Shown: piece after piece, positions 37,468 to 47,085 of the stretch | Numbering within the stretch: position 1 is the stretch's first letter | How the letters are laid out: every line of letters starts with the position of its first letter | Source: Lachnospiraceae bacterium | GTDB lineage: Bacteria > Bacillota > Clostridia > Lachnospirales > Lachnospiraceae | Direction of reading: 5' to 3' | Length of the DNA stretch: 64,000 bases | NCBI GenBank assembly: GCA_015057955.1 | Contig: SVDE01000002.1 | Coordinates: 1,607-65,606, forward strand | Notes under the pieces: generated by a model | Databases searched by the model: none | Told to the model about the DNA's origin: nothing | Seen by the model: the letters and a program-made list of their open reading frames with translations, nothing else | Program-made: the position numbers and the translations under genes

Positions 37468-38709
37468 TTATGCCTCTGTTATCTTTCCGGCCAGAGCGCT
37501 CGCTGCTGCGGTCTTTGGTGACGCAAGATATATCTTTACTTTATTTGTTCCCATCCTGCCAAGGAAGTTCCTGTTATTTGTCGCTACAACAACTTCACCG
37601 TCAGTGAGTATGCCGCCCGTCCGTCCGCAGCACAGGCCGCAGGAAGGGTGGGTTATGTCCGCGCCGGCGTTTAGAAGTATGTCTATCGTTCCGTTCTTTA
37701 ATGCTTCAAGATAGACCTTCCGGCTGGCGGGAGTCACGATGAACCTGACAAACGGAGCGATCTTTTTTCCTTTAAGTATCTCGGCCGCTGCCATGAGATC
37801 TTCGAGGCGGCCGTTAGTACATGACCCCAGGAATACCTGATCGACTTTTACTTCGCCAAGCTTTGATATGGGCTGTACATTGTCCACATTTGAGGGAACA
37901 GCACAGACCGGGACGAAGTCTTCCGCACGATACTCAAGGACCTGCTCATATACCGCGTCTTCGTCGCCCTTAAGTCCTTTCTGGAATTCATCAAGTTTTA
38001 CCCGGCAGTACTCTGCCGTCTTCTCATCAGGGGCAAACAGGCCGCACTTTGCGCCTGCCTCTATGGCCATGTTTGACATGCTCATCCTTGATGAGATGCT
38101 CATTTTTTCTATGGTATCGCCAGTAAATTCGAGCGACTTGTATGTTGCGCCTGCAGCGCCCAGGTCTCCGATGACCTTAAGGATCACATCCTTGGCCATG
38201 ACATTTTCCGGGAGTGTGCCGTTGATCACAACCTTGATCGTTGCCGGAACCCTGATCCAAAGCTGGCCTGTTCCGAGGATCCCCGCCATTTCCGTATATC
38301 CTATGCCGGTTGAAAACGCGCCTACGCAGCCGTAAGTTGTGGTATGGCTGTCGGTCCCGAACACCACATGGCCGGGTTTTACATATCCCGCTTCAGTCAT
38401 GAGCTGATGGCAGATGCCGTCGCTTTTATGAAGATTTGTGATGCCTTGCTCATCAGCGAATGAGCAGCTGGTCTTATATGCCCTGATGTCATCCACCTGG
38501 CTTGCCGGCACGAGATGGTCGCATATGATCACGACTTTATCCGGATCCCAGACTTTTGTAAATCCCATCTCTTTAAATTTCGAGACTATGAACGGCATCA
38601 TTATGTCATCCAGCATGACATTGTCGACATTTACTGTGACAATGTCTCCGGGAAATACTTCTTTTCCGACATTTCCCGCTATTATCTTTTCAACCAGAGT
38701 ATGTCCCAT
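37468..38709 (-). CDS. Aconitase-family dehydratase large subunit (3-isopropylmalate/citramalate isomerase type), copy 2
   Basis: Archaeal-type ~413-aa LeuC/HacA architecture (GTDSHT, Fe-S Cys ligands GSCTNGR and CGLCCG). Confidence 0.85.
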   Translation of the reverse strand: MGHTLVEKIIAGNVGKEVFPGDIVTVNVDNVMLDDIMMPFIVSKFKEMGFTKVWDPDKVVIICDHLVPASQVDDIRAYKTSCSFADEQGITNLHKSDGICHQLMTEAGYVKPGHVVFGTDSHTTTYGCVGAFSTGIGYTEMAGILGTGQLWIRVPATIKVVINGTLPENVMAKDVILKVIGDLGAAGATYKSLEFTGDTIEKMSISSRMSMSNMAIEAGAKCGLFAPDEKTAEYCRVKLDEFQKGLKGDEDAVYEQVLEYRAEDFVPVCAVPSNVDNVQPISKLGEVKVDQVFLGSCTNGRLEDLMAAAEILKGKKIAPFVRFIVTPASRKVYLEALKNGTIDILLNAGADITHPSCGLCCGRTGGILTDGEVVVATNNRNFLGRMGTNKVKIYLASPKTAAASALAGKITEA

Positions 38710-38713
38710 TATC

Positions 38714-39205
38714 TTAATCCTCCAGTCCGTTTCTCTTGCGCATCGCCTTTACAAGGCCGCCCGCGTCAAGGATCTCCAAAAGATTTTCCGGAAGAGATGC
38801 AGTCTTATAGACTTTGCCGTTGTATTCGATCCGGCCGGAACTGACCGTGATCTCATCGCCTTCCTTTACATCGTCGGCGAGGTCAGCATTCTCAATAAGG
38901 AGAAGGCCGTTGTTTATGGCATTTCTGAAGAAAATGCGGGCAAATGACTTCGCTATTATGCAGCTGACTCCAAGGGCTTTCACGACCTCCGGAGCCTGCT
39001 CCCTTGAGGATCCGCATCCGAAGTTGTTTCCTGCAACAATTATGTCGCCCGGCTGCAGTTCTTTAGCGATGTCATCCCTGAGCGGTGAAAACGCATAGGG
39101 TTTCATCTCATCTATGGTATTGAAGACCAGATATTCCGTAGGCAGGATGATGTCGGTATCGATATCATCGCCCATCAGCCATACTTTTCCTTTAAACTGT
39201 TCCAT
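38714..39205 (-). CDS. Aconitase-family dehydratase small subunit (LeuD type), copy 2
   Basis: 163 aa with DDIDTDIILPTEYLVF, GNNFGCGSSREQAP. Located upstream of its large subunit. Confidence 0.85.
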   Translation of the reverse strand: MEQFKGKVWLMGDDIDTDIILPTEYLVFNTIDEMKPYAFSPLRDDIAKELQPGDIIVAGNNFGCGSSREQAPEVVKALGVSCIIAKSFARIFFRNAINNGLLLIENADLADDVKEGDEITVSSGRIEYNGKVYKTASLPENLLEILDAGGLVKAMRKRNGLED

Positions 39206-39209
39206 GTTT

Positions 39210-40460
39210 CTATCCTATCCTGTCGGCTGTTGTGATCTCGCCTGCAATGGCGGATGCCGTTACCGTCGCTGCGCTTCCAAGGTACACGAATGACTCCCTG
39301 TGTCCACAGCGTCCCTTAAAGTTTCTCGTTCCTGTACTGATAAGAGTCTCTCCCTCTCCGATCACGCCCTGGCATGCACCCCAGCATACGGAACAGTTGG
39401 GATTGCAGATGATCGCTCCGGCTTCCATGAAGATTTCCATGAGTCCTTCCTTCACCGCCTGCTCATATACACTGCGGCTTGCGGGAACAACAAGGAACCT
39501 GACATCCGGATGGACCTTTCTTCCTTTAATGAGCTCAGCTCCTATCCTCAGATCCTCGATCCTGCCGTTATTGCATGAACCCAGGAATGCTTCATCTATA
39601 TGGATCCCGAGTGCTTCTTCAGCGGGAACAACATTGTCAACGAAATGGGGCTTTGCGACGATCAGCCTGATCTTCGAGAGATCTATGTCATAGACCTTTG
39701 CATAAACAGCGTCCGCATCAGGTCTGAAGCACTCTACCGGCTCCCTGCCATGCTCCCTTAAGTATTCAAGGGCAACTTCGTCCGCTTCCATGAGCGCTGT
39801 CTTGGCTCCCGCTTCCACGCAGAGATTGCAGATGGAGATGCGGCCCGCCATGTCGATGGTCTTAAGCCCTTCTCCGCCGAATTCCATTGCCTTATAATTT
39901 GCCCCGTTTGCCCCGATCTGCCCGATGATCGTAAGGATCAGATCTCTGGCGTAAACTCCATCCGGCAGCTTTCCTGTCAGATTGAATCTGAGAGTCTCGG
40001 GAACAAGCACCCACGAAGTCCCGGTAACCATCGCATAGAGGTAGTCCGTGTTTCCGACGCCGGTTCCGAACGCGCCGAGCGCTCCGTATGCGCAGGTATG
40101 GCTGTCGGCTCCGAAGATCAACTGGCCCGGGCGGACATGGTGCTCCATCATCACCTGATGGCACACGCCCTCTCCCTCATAGAATGTGATGCCGTGCTCT
40201 TTCGCAAAATCCCTCATCTTCTTGTGTGAGTCAGCTGTCTTGACGCTGTCACTGGGAAGGTTGTGGTCAATTATCCAGACCAGCTTGCTCACATCCGCTA
40301 TCCTGGGATGTTTGAGTTTATTGTATTTATCGACTGTAATGTGAGTCGTTCCATCATTGCTCATAAGAAGGTCCAGCTCAACGGTACAGATGTCGTTTGC
40401 CCTTACAGTTTCCTGCTTTGCAGCTCTGGCGATTATCTTTTCAGCTAATGTCATGCCCAT
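39210..40460 (-). CDS. Aconitase-family dehydratase large subunit (3-isopropylmalate/citramalate isomerase type), copy 1
   Basis: 416 aa with GADSHT, GSCNNGR, and CSVCWGAC Fe-S ligands. Confidence 0.85.
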   Translation of the reverse strand: MGMTLAEKIIARAAKQETVRANDICTVELDLLMSNDGTTHITVDKYNKLKHPRIADVSKLVWIIDHNLPSDSVKTADSHKKMRDFAKEHGITFYEGEGVCHQVMMEHHVRPGQLIFGADSHTCAYGALGAFGTGVGNTDYLYAMVTGTSWVLVPETLRFNLTGKLPDGVYARDLILTIIGQIGANGANYKAMEFGGEGLKTIDMAGRISICNLCVEAGAKTALMEADEVALEYLREHGREPVECFRPDADAVYAKVYDIDLSKIRLIVAKPHFVDNVVPAEEALGIHIDEAFLGSCNNGRIEDLRIGAELIKGRKVHPDVRFLVVPASRSVYEQAVKEGLMEIFMEAGAIICNPNCSVCWGACQGVIGEGETLISTGTRNFKGRCGHRESFVYLGSAATVTASAIAGEITTADRIG

Positions 40461-40462
40461 GG

Positions 40463-40936
40463 TCAGTCCTCCTTGTCCAGTGAAGCCAGAAGTCCGCCCT
40501 GGTCCAGTATTGCCTGAAGGTTTGCGGGCAGCTTCGTGCAGGCGTAAGTCTTTCCGTTTGCCGTGATGATGCCCTCTTCCATGTTGAGAGTCATCTCGTC
40601 ACCATCCTTCACTTCATCGTGAAGTTCCTTGCAGACAAATACCGGGAGACCGATGTTTATGGAGCTTCTGTAGAAAATGCGGGCAAAGCTCTTGGCGATC
40701 ACTGCCTTCACTCCAAGCTCCCTAAGCACTGTCGGAGCCTGCTCCCTGGAAGATCCGCAGCCGAAGTTCTCGTCCGCTACGATGAAATCTCCGGGCTGTA
40801 CTTTAGCGGCGAACTCCGGATCGAGCGATTCGAAAGTATGAACTTTCATCTCGTCAAATGTCGGAAAAAGGAGATACTGTGATGCTATTATCTGATCAGT
40901 ATCCACGTCTTTGTCAAAAAGGAAGATCTTTCCCAT
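40463..40936 (-). CDS. Aconitase-family dehydratase small subunit (LeuD type), copy 1
   Basis: 157 aa with DVDTDQIIASQYLLF, ENFGCGSSREQAP. Confidence 0.85.
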   Translation of the reverse strand: MGKIFLFDKDVDTDQIIASQYLLFPTFDEMKVHTFESLDPEFAAKVQPGDFIVADENFGCGSSREQAPTVLRELGVKAVIAKSFARIFYRSSINIGLPVFVCKELHDEVKDGDEMTLNMEEGIITANGKTYACTKLPANLQAILDQGGLLASLDKED

Positions 40937-40980
40937 TTTCTGGCCTCCATGTCTGTTTCTTTCAAAAATAATATTTTTCT

Positions 40981-41009
40981 ATTATAGCCAAATGCATACA
41001 AAATATCAA
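40981..41009 (-). promoter_or_regulatory. Putative sigma-A promoter of the isomerase/CDF operon (TTGATA-17-TATAAT)
   Basis: On the minus strand: -35 TTGATA (41004-41009), 17-nt spacer, -10 TATAAT (40981-40986). The 5' UTR is ~40 nt. Confidence 0.6.
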
Positions 41010-41069
41010 TTTTCTATTGATTTTGTGTTATTATAGTTATGTATACTCTATTGAAAGGAAATAACCGGC

Positions 41070-42383
41070 ATGCATAAGCTGATCTCCAGTCTTATACTAT
41101 ACAGAGGCCTGAAGGAAGACCCCGTTCTATCCTCTTTGAGTTCAGTAACAAGGGAACTTGACGGATCCGGGGAAGGACTTGTCTTTGACAGCGCAGCTCT
41201 TACCAGCACTGTCTACGACCAGGTAAAGACCATTCTGGACATAGCCACGGATTTCGGTTTCAACTGCAATCTGTGGAGAGACTATCTGACATTCAGGATC
41301 ATCTCTGACCAGAACTCATTCTCCCTGACATGCGAAGGCAACGGCGCTCAGGAAGGCGGAAGTGTAAACTCATTCGCCAAAAATGATTTCCGGATCTTCA
41401 AGGCGCTGTTCGACTATGACTTCAGCCGCATTGAAGAGCTGCTCGGGATAAACTGTTTTTCCATATTGGAAGACTATCACGCCATCTCCAAGGAAGCCAA
41501 GCTCTATGACCGTACAGTCAGCGCGATCATCCGTACATTAAGCGACAAGCTGGCCGCCTGTGCTGATGAAAATGAATTCTTCGATCTCATTTCCGCCCAT
41601 TATAAGAACTATGGAGTCGGAATGTTCGGACTGAACAGGGCATTCAGGATCAAGGGAACCGGCGACTCGCTTGAGTTCATCCCGATCAGCAACGCAGACC
41701 CTGTAAGGCTTTCAGACCTTGTGGGATATGAGCACCAGAAGGCGCAGCTGAAAGAAGCCACCGAGAGTTTCTGCCGCGGTATAAAAGGCAACAACGTACT
41801 GCTTTACGGCGATCCCGGAACCGGTAAATCCTCCAGCATCAAAGCTATCATCAATGAATACTTTGATCAGGGCCTCAGAATGATCGAGATCTACAAGCAC
41901 CAGTTCGCCGATCTGGCAAATGTGATCGCCCGTATCAAAAAGAGGAATTATAAATTCATCATTTACATAGATGATCTGTCATTTGAAGAAAATGAAGTTG
42001 AATACAAATTCCTCAAGGCAGTCATTGAAGGCGGAGTTGAGAACAGGCCTGACAATATCCTCATCTACGCCACTTCGAACAGAAGGCATCTCGTCAAGGA
42101 GACCTGGAAAGACAGGAATGACATGGAATTCAACGGTGATGTCCACCAGAGCGAGACCATGGCTGAAAAACTGTCACTGGCGAGCAGGTTCGGTGTCATG
42201 ATAAGATATGACAATCCAAACAAGCAGGAGTTTAATGACATAGTCAAAGCCCTTGCCGCGAGGGCAGGCATCGAAATGGATGAGCAACAGCTCATGACCG
42301 AAGCAAATAAATGGCAGGTCCGCCACGGAGATTTCTCCGGAAGGACTGCCCAGCAGTTCATAAATTATATAGCAGGGAAATAA
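41070..42383 (+). CDS. AAA-type ATP-binding protein of unknown function (DUF815-like)
   Basis: Walker A LLYGDPGTGKSS and Walker B FIIYIDDLSF in the C-terminal half, with an uncharacterised ~200-aa N-terminal domain. The DUF815 assignment is from memory of family architecture. Confidence 0.55.
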   Translation: MHKLISSLILYRGLKEDPVLSSLSSVTRELDGSGEGLVFDSAALTSTVYDQVKTILDIATDFGFNCNLWRDYLTFRIISDQNSFSLTCEGNGAQEGGSVNSFAKNDFRIFKALFDYDFSRIEELLGINCFSILEDYHAISKEAKLYDRTVSAIIRTLSDKLAACADENEFFDLISAHYKNYGVGMFGLNRAFRIKGTGDSLEFIPISNADPVRLSDLVGYEHQKAQLKEATESFCRGIKGNNVLLYGDPGTGKSSSIKAIINEYFDQGLRMIEIYKHQFADLANVIARIKKRNYKFIIYIDDLSFEENEVEYKFLKAVIEGGVENRPDNILIYATSNRRHLVKETWKDRNDMEFNGDVHQSETMAEKLSLASRFGVMIRYDNPNKQEFNDIVKALAARAGIEMDEQQLMTEANKWQVRHGDFSGRTAQQFINYIAGK

Positions 42384-42404
42384 GATTCAGAAAGGTTAAA
42401 AGAT

Positions 42405-43652
42405 ATGTATTCCTACGAGACACTTTACAATGCAGATCCCGACGTCGCGCTTGCCATAAAGGGTGAGATCGACCGCCAGCACTCACATCTGGAACTGATC
42501 GCATCCGAGAACTTTGTAAGCAAAGCTGTCATGGCAGCGCTCGGAAGCCAGTTCACCAATAAATATGCGGAGGGATATCCCGGAAAGCGCTACTATGGCG
42601 GATGCCAGTACGTTGATATAGTTGAGAATCTCGCCATTGACCGCGCCAAAAAACTCTTTAACTGTGAATATGTAAACGTCCAGCCCCACGCCGGAAGCCA
42701 GGCTAATACCGCAGTCCTTCTGGCTGCGCTCAAACCCGGGGACATGATGATGGGCATGGATCTTAACCATGGCGGACACTTAAGCCACGGCGCAAGCGCA
42801 AATATCTCAGGCATTCTCTATAATGTATGCTCATATGGTGTAGGCGAAGACGGCTTTATCGACTATGACGAGGTCCTGAAGATCGCCAAGGAAAACAGGC
42901 CCAAGGTCATTGTTGCCGGCGCAAGCGCTTACCCCAGGGCCATCGACTTCAAGAAATTCAGGGATATCGCTGACGAAGTCGGCGCCTACCTGCTCGCGGA
43001 CATTGCCCACATTTCAGGTCTGGTAGTTGCCGGTGAGCACATGAGTCCTATCCCTTACGCGCATGTTACTACCAGCACGACACATAAGACTCTCCGCGGA
43101 CCCAGAGGCGGAATGATCATGTCCAGCCAGGCTGTTGCAGATGAGCTCAAGATCAACAAAGCCATCTTCCCCGGCCTTCAGGGCGGCCCGCTTGTCCATG
43201 TGATCGCAGCTAAAGCCGTCGCTTACGGAGAGGCTCTTCAGCCGGAATTCAAGGAATATGCAAGGCAGATCGTAAAGAACGCCGCTGCGCTGGCGGATGC
43301 GATGATCGACCGCGGCTTTACCCTCTTCTCAGGCGGAACCGATAACCACCTTATCCTTGTTGACCTCAGACCTATCGGAGTCACCGGAAAAGAAGCAGAA
43401 GAAAGCCTGGATGTTGCGCACATCACCTGCAACAAGAACGCTATTCCTTTTGACACCACATCAAAGAGCGTCACCGGGGGTATCCGGCTGGGCACTGCTG
43501 CTCTTACCACGCGCGGCATGAATGAAAAAGACATGGAAACCATCGCTGAAGCCATCAGGCTTGTTCTTATCGAAAAGACTCCGGCCGCTGTTGCGAAAGC
43601 AACTGAAATGGTTAACGAACTTACGGAAGCACATCCGTTATACAGAGACTGA
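42405..43652 (+). CDS. glyA: Serine hydroxymethyltransferase
   Basis: [34 protein letters not shown] (PLP lysine). Length is 415 aa. Confidence 0.95.
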   Translation: MYSYETLYNADPDVALAIKGEIDRQHSHLELIASENFVSKAVMAALGSQFTNKYAEGYPGKRYYGGCQYVDIVENLAIDRAKKLFNCEYVNVQPHAGSQANTAVLLAALKPGDMMMGMDLNHGGHLSHGASANISGILYNVCSYGVGEDGFIDYDEVLKIAKENRPKVIVAGASAYPRAIDFKKFRDIADEVGAYLLADIAHISGLVVAGEHMSPIPYAHVTTSTTHKTLRGPRGGMIMSSQAVADELKINKAIFPGLQGGPLVHVIAAKAVAYGEALQPEFKEYARQIVKNAAALADAMIDRGFTLFSGGTDNHLILVDLRPIGVTGKEAEESLDVAHITCNKNAIPFDTTSKSVTGGIRLGTAALTTRGMNEKDMETIAEAIRLVLIEKTPAAVAKATEMVNELTEAHPLYRD

Positions 43653-43670
43653 TAACAAAAGGACCCTATC

Positions 43671-44924
43671 ATGAATAAATACAGAGACTTTGACAACTAT
43701 CTTAAAGAATACCCTTCGCAGGACGGCTATTTTGGAAAATACGGCGGAAACTATCTGGACGATCCGGAGCTGATCAACGCATTTAATGAGTATGCCGAGG
43801 CTTATCATACCATCGCGCAGTCTGCCCAGTTCATCAATGAACTCAGACGCATCAGAAAAGATTTTCAGGGACGTCCCACACCCGTTTATCACTGCCAGAA
43901 TCTTTCCAATCTGCTGGGAAGGACTCAGATCTACCTGAAGAGGGAGGATCTGAACCACACAGGAGCACATAAGCTTAACCACTGTATGGGTGAAGGCCTG
44001 CTCGCTAAGTTCATGGGCAAGAAAAAGCTCATCGCTGAAACCGGTGCCGGTCAGCACGGTGTGGCTCTTGCCACTGCTGCGGCTTACTTTGGCCTGGAAT
44101 GCGACATCTACATGGGCGAAGTTGACATTGCAAAGCAGGCACCGAATGTAACAAGGATGAAAATGCTCGGGGCAAGGGTAATTCCTGTAACTTTCGGACT
44201 TAAGACGCTGAAAGAGGCTGTCGATGCTGCTTTCATGGCCTACTCAAAAGAGTATCATGACGCAGTTTACTGCATAGGTACTGCTGCCGGACCTCATCCC
44301 TTCCCTCTCATGGTCAGGGATTTCCAGTACGTCATCGGCGAAGAAGCAAGAGCCCAGTTCCTTGACCAGACCGGTCATCTGCCTGACCAGGTTATCGCCT
44401 GTGTCGGCGGCGGCTCAAATGCGATCGGCATGTTCACCCCTTTCCTTGCAGATCCTGTAGAGCTTATAGGAGTGGAACCTCTTGGCCGCGGATCCAAACT
44501 CGGTGATCATGCCGCATCCATCACATACGGAAGCGAAGGCATAATGCATGGATTCAACAGCATCATGCTTGCAGATGAGAACGGCGATCCCGCTCCTGTA
44601 TATTCCAATGCAAGCGGTCTCGATTATCCTGCTGCCGGACCGGAACATGCTCTTCTTCACGACATGAACAGGGTCAGATATACAACTGTAGATGATGAAG
44701 AGGCAATCGAGGCATTGTTCCTTCTTTCACGTAATGAAGGCATAATCCCCGCAATAGAAAGCTCTCATGCCCTGGCATATGCCATAAGGGTTGCCCGCAC
44801 AGGGATGACAGGTTCTCTTCTCGTCAACCTGTCCGGACGCGGAGACAAGGACCTTGATTTCGTAGTCGAACACTACGGATACGGACCTGAATTTCTTGAG
44901 AAGATGAAAGAGCGCAGAAAATGA
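43671..44924 (+). CDS. trpB: Tryptophan synthase beta chain homologue, stand-alone (no trpA in the window)
   Basis: [17 protein letters not shown] (PLP lysine), [18 protein letters not shown]. Length is 417 aa. Confidence 0.8.
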   Translation: MNKYRDFDNYLKEYPSQDGYFGKYGGNYLDDPELINAFNEYAEAYHTIAQSAQFINELRRIRKDFQGRPTPVYHCQNLSNLLGRTQIYLKREDLNHTGAHKLNHCMGEGLLAKFMGKKKLIAETGAGQHGVALATAAAYFGLECDIYMGEVDIAKQAPNVTRMKMLGARVIPVTFGLKTLKEAVDAAFMAYSKEYHDAVYCIGTAAGPHPFPLMVRDFQYVIGEEARAQFLDQTGHLPDQVIACVGGGSNAIGMFTPFLADPVELIGVEPLGRGSKLGDHAASITYGSEGIMHGFNSIMLADENGDPAPVYSNASGLDYPAAGPEHALLHDMNRVRYTTVDDEEAIEALFLLSRNEGIIPAIESSHALAYAIRVARTGMTGSLLVNLSGRGDKDLDFVVEHYGYGPEFLEKMKERRK

Positions 44925-44945
44925 TCATCTGATCTTCAGACAAAG

Positions 44946-44974
44946 AAAACGGACTGTTTTAGCAGTCCGTTTTT
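44946..44974. terminator. Bidirectional intrinsic terminator between trpB and the M23 peptidase gene
   Basis: Stem AAAACGGACTG/CAGTCCGTTTT flanked by an A run and a T run, so it is usable on both strands. Confidence 0.8.
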
Positions 44975-44988
44975 GCATTTCTGACATA

Positions 44989-47061
44989 TCAGTATCCCAT
45001 TATCCTTGATGCCAGCACCGGATAATTCCGCGGGTCTCCGGGAATGGCTGATTTATAACCGTACCATTCATATTTATGTGCCGGATACCAGCTTTCGGTC
45101 TGCCTAGCCAAAGACTCTCCGAAGAAGAACAACGGATTTATCTGAATGAATCCGGAAGTTGACGGTCCATAATACGAAGGCATTTCCGAGAGGTCTTCCT
45201 CATATTCAGCTCCAACCCAGTATAGGACTGAAAAGTGTATGTGCAGACCGGTTGTTACTCCGGTCAGTCCGACTTTTCCTATTACATCTCCGGCATTTAC
45301 ATAGTCCCCGACTTTAACTTTTACAGAATTGCTCTGCAGCTCATGATATTCATAAATGAGGCCGTTTCCGATGTACACGGCTACCGCTTCGCCGGGATGG
45401 CTTCCATATGATCCGTTATTTTCATAGCTCTGGTGGTTAACATATACGACAGTTCCTGAAGCAACCGCAAGAAGCTCCTGGCCTGCTTTATTGCAGATCA
45501 GATCAACTCCCAGATGTCCTGTTGAGGGATTTGTCCAGCTGTGAACATCACAGTAACATGCATGCACACATTCGATCTCATATTTGTTTTCGGCGGTTCC
45601 AAAGTGTATGTTTCCATCTCTTGCCAAAGGGGAGAAAACGGTGCCGAAATAAAACTTCTCCGCAGGGGATGTCACTAATCCTCCGCTTACATTGTAAATG
45701 ATCCCGTTTGATGAAACGGTTCCTGTATACCCGCTGTCAAGTTTTCCGTTATTTATATACCAGCTTCCGGTATCATCTGATGCTACACCGGTATAGCTGA
45801 AATCCACTTTACCGCTCCTGATGAACCACCAGCCGTTTTTGTTTTTGGCCAGACCATCAAACGAAAAGTCCACTTTGCCTTTTCTTATGTACCACCAGCC
45901 ATTTTCATTTTCTTCTACAGAGTTGCAATTGAAATCGACTTTTCCGTTTACTATGCGCCACCAGCCATTTTTATTAGGTTTGATGCCTGTGTATCCAAAC
46001 TGTACTTTTCCGCCGCTGATATACCACCAGCCATATTCGTTCTGCTCTACAGACTCACAGCTGAAATCGACCACGCCATTTACTATGCGCCACCAGCCGT
46101 TACGGTTGTCCTTAATGCCGGTATATCCTGTCTGGACTTTGCCTCCGCTGGCGTAATACCAATTTCCATCTCTGCCGTTAACGACTCCATTTTCAGAAAA
46201 AGTAACTTTGCCGTTTGTAATGAGCCAGGTGCCATATGAGTTGGAGGCTGCGCCATTATAGCCAAACTGGACTTTGCCTCCGCTGCAGTACCACCAGCCG
46301 TTTTCATTATGTTCAACAGAGTTGCAGTCAAAATCCACCTTGCCGTTTACAATACGCCACCAGCCATTACTGTTCGGTTTTATGCCTGTATAGCCAAACT
46401 GAACCTTTCCGCCTTTGATATACCACCAGCCATATTCGTTCTGTTCTACGGATTCGCAGGTGAAATCGACTTTTCCGTTTACTATGCGCCACCAGCCGTT
46501 GCTGTTATGTTTGATCCCGGTATAGCTGTACTGTATGTCATTTCCGATGACATAGTACCAGCCGCCGTTTCTGTAAACTACATCTTCCTTGATTCCGCAG
46601 ACAGAACAAACATTACTTGAAAAATGATGGCCTGTAGCCGGAATGGATTCTGTATAACTATCCTGGCAGATTTCACAAGTGAAAGTCCTGACCCCTTCCT
46701 TAGTGCACTCAGGTTCTGTCGTGACCATTGACTTGTAAAAATGCCCTGTCGGGGCAATATAGCCTTCACCCCCGGCTGCTTTCCAAGTCTCTATGTCCGG
46801 GATCTCCGTTCCGTTTTCATCGCTGAAGAACAGACCACATCCCTCACAGAAAAAATGGTCTTTATATCCGGGCTCGGTACATGTAGGGGCCAATCCGCTT
46901 ACCGAAACAATTTCATGAACATGCTCCGTCTCTTCAGAGGTGGTTTCTTCCTGTACAGCCTCTCCGTCAACCGGTGGAGCATCATCTGCATAAACCGCTG
47001 TTATCGGCAGCAGTAACAATACTAATACGAAAATACCAAAAAACACTTTTGATCTTTTCAT
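44989..47061 (-). CDS. Secreted M23-family metallopeptidase with Cys/His-rich N-terminal modules and ~13 cell-wall-binding-like 22-aa repeats
   Basis: Signal peptide MKRSKVFFGIFVLVLLLLPITAVYA. Tandem NGWWRIVNGKVDF / YGWWYIxGGKVQFGYTGIK repeats. C-terminal M23 motifs HLGVD (HxxxD) and HIH (HxH). Confidence 0.8.
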   Translation of the reverse strand: MKRSKVFFGIFVLVLLLLPITAVYADDAPPVDGEAVQEETTSEETEHVHEIVSVSGLAPTCTEPGYKDHFFCEGCGLFFSDENGTEIPDIETWKAAGGEGYIAPTGHFYKSMVTTEPECTKEGVRTFTCEICQDSYTESIPATGHHFSSNVCSVCGIKEDVVYRNGGWYYVIGNDIQYSYTGIKHNSNGWWRIVNGKVDFTCESVEQNEYGWWYIKGGKVQFGYTGIKPNSNGWWRIVNGKVDFDCNSVEHNENGWWYCSGGKVQFGYNGAASNSYGTWLITNGKVTFSENGVVNGRDGNWYYASGGKVQTGYTGIKDNRNGWWRIVNGVVDFSCESVEQNEYGWWYISGGKVQFGYTGIKPNKNGWWRIVNGKVDFNCNSVEENENGWWYIRKGKVDFSFDGLAKNKNGWWFIRSGKVDFSYTGVASDDTGSWYINNGKLDSGYTGTVSSNGIIYNVSGGLVTSPAEKFYFGTVFSPLARDGNIHFGTAENKYEIECVHACYCDVHSWTNPSTGHLGVDLICNKAGQELLAVASGTVVYVNHQSYENNGSYGSHPGEAVAVYIGNGLIYEYHELQSNSVKVKVGDYVNAGDVIGKVGLTGVTTGLHIHFSVLYWVGAEYEEDLSEMPSYYGPSTSGFIQINPLFFFGESLARQTESWYPAHKYEWYGYKSAIPGDPRNYPVLASRIMGY
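45696..46566 (-). repeat. Intragenic tandem repeat (~66-nt units) encoding the 22-aa aromatic repeats
   Basis: Recurrent ccaccagcc(a/g)tt... DNA blocks are visible. About 13 protein repeat units were counted by eye. Confidence 0.7.
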
Positions 47062-47085
47062 TACTACAGTTCCTTTTCTATAGTT

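Noticed and set aside
45696-46566. Regularly spaced DNA repeats that could superficially resemble a CRISPR or other non-coding array.
   Set aside because: The repeats are in frame within a long ORF and encode the 22-aa aromatic repeats of the M23 peptidase. There are no unique spacers and no cas genes.
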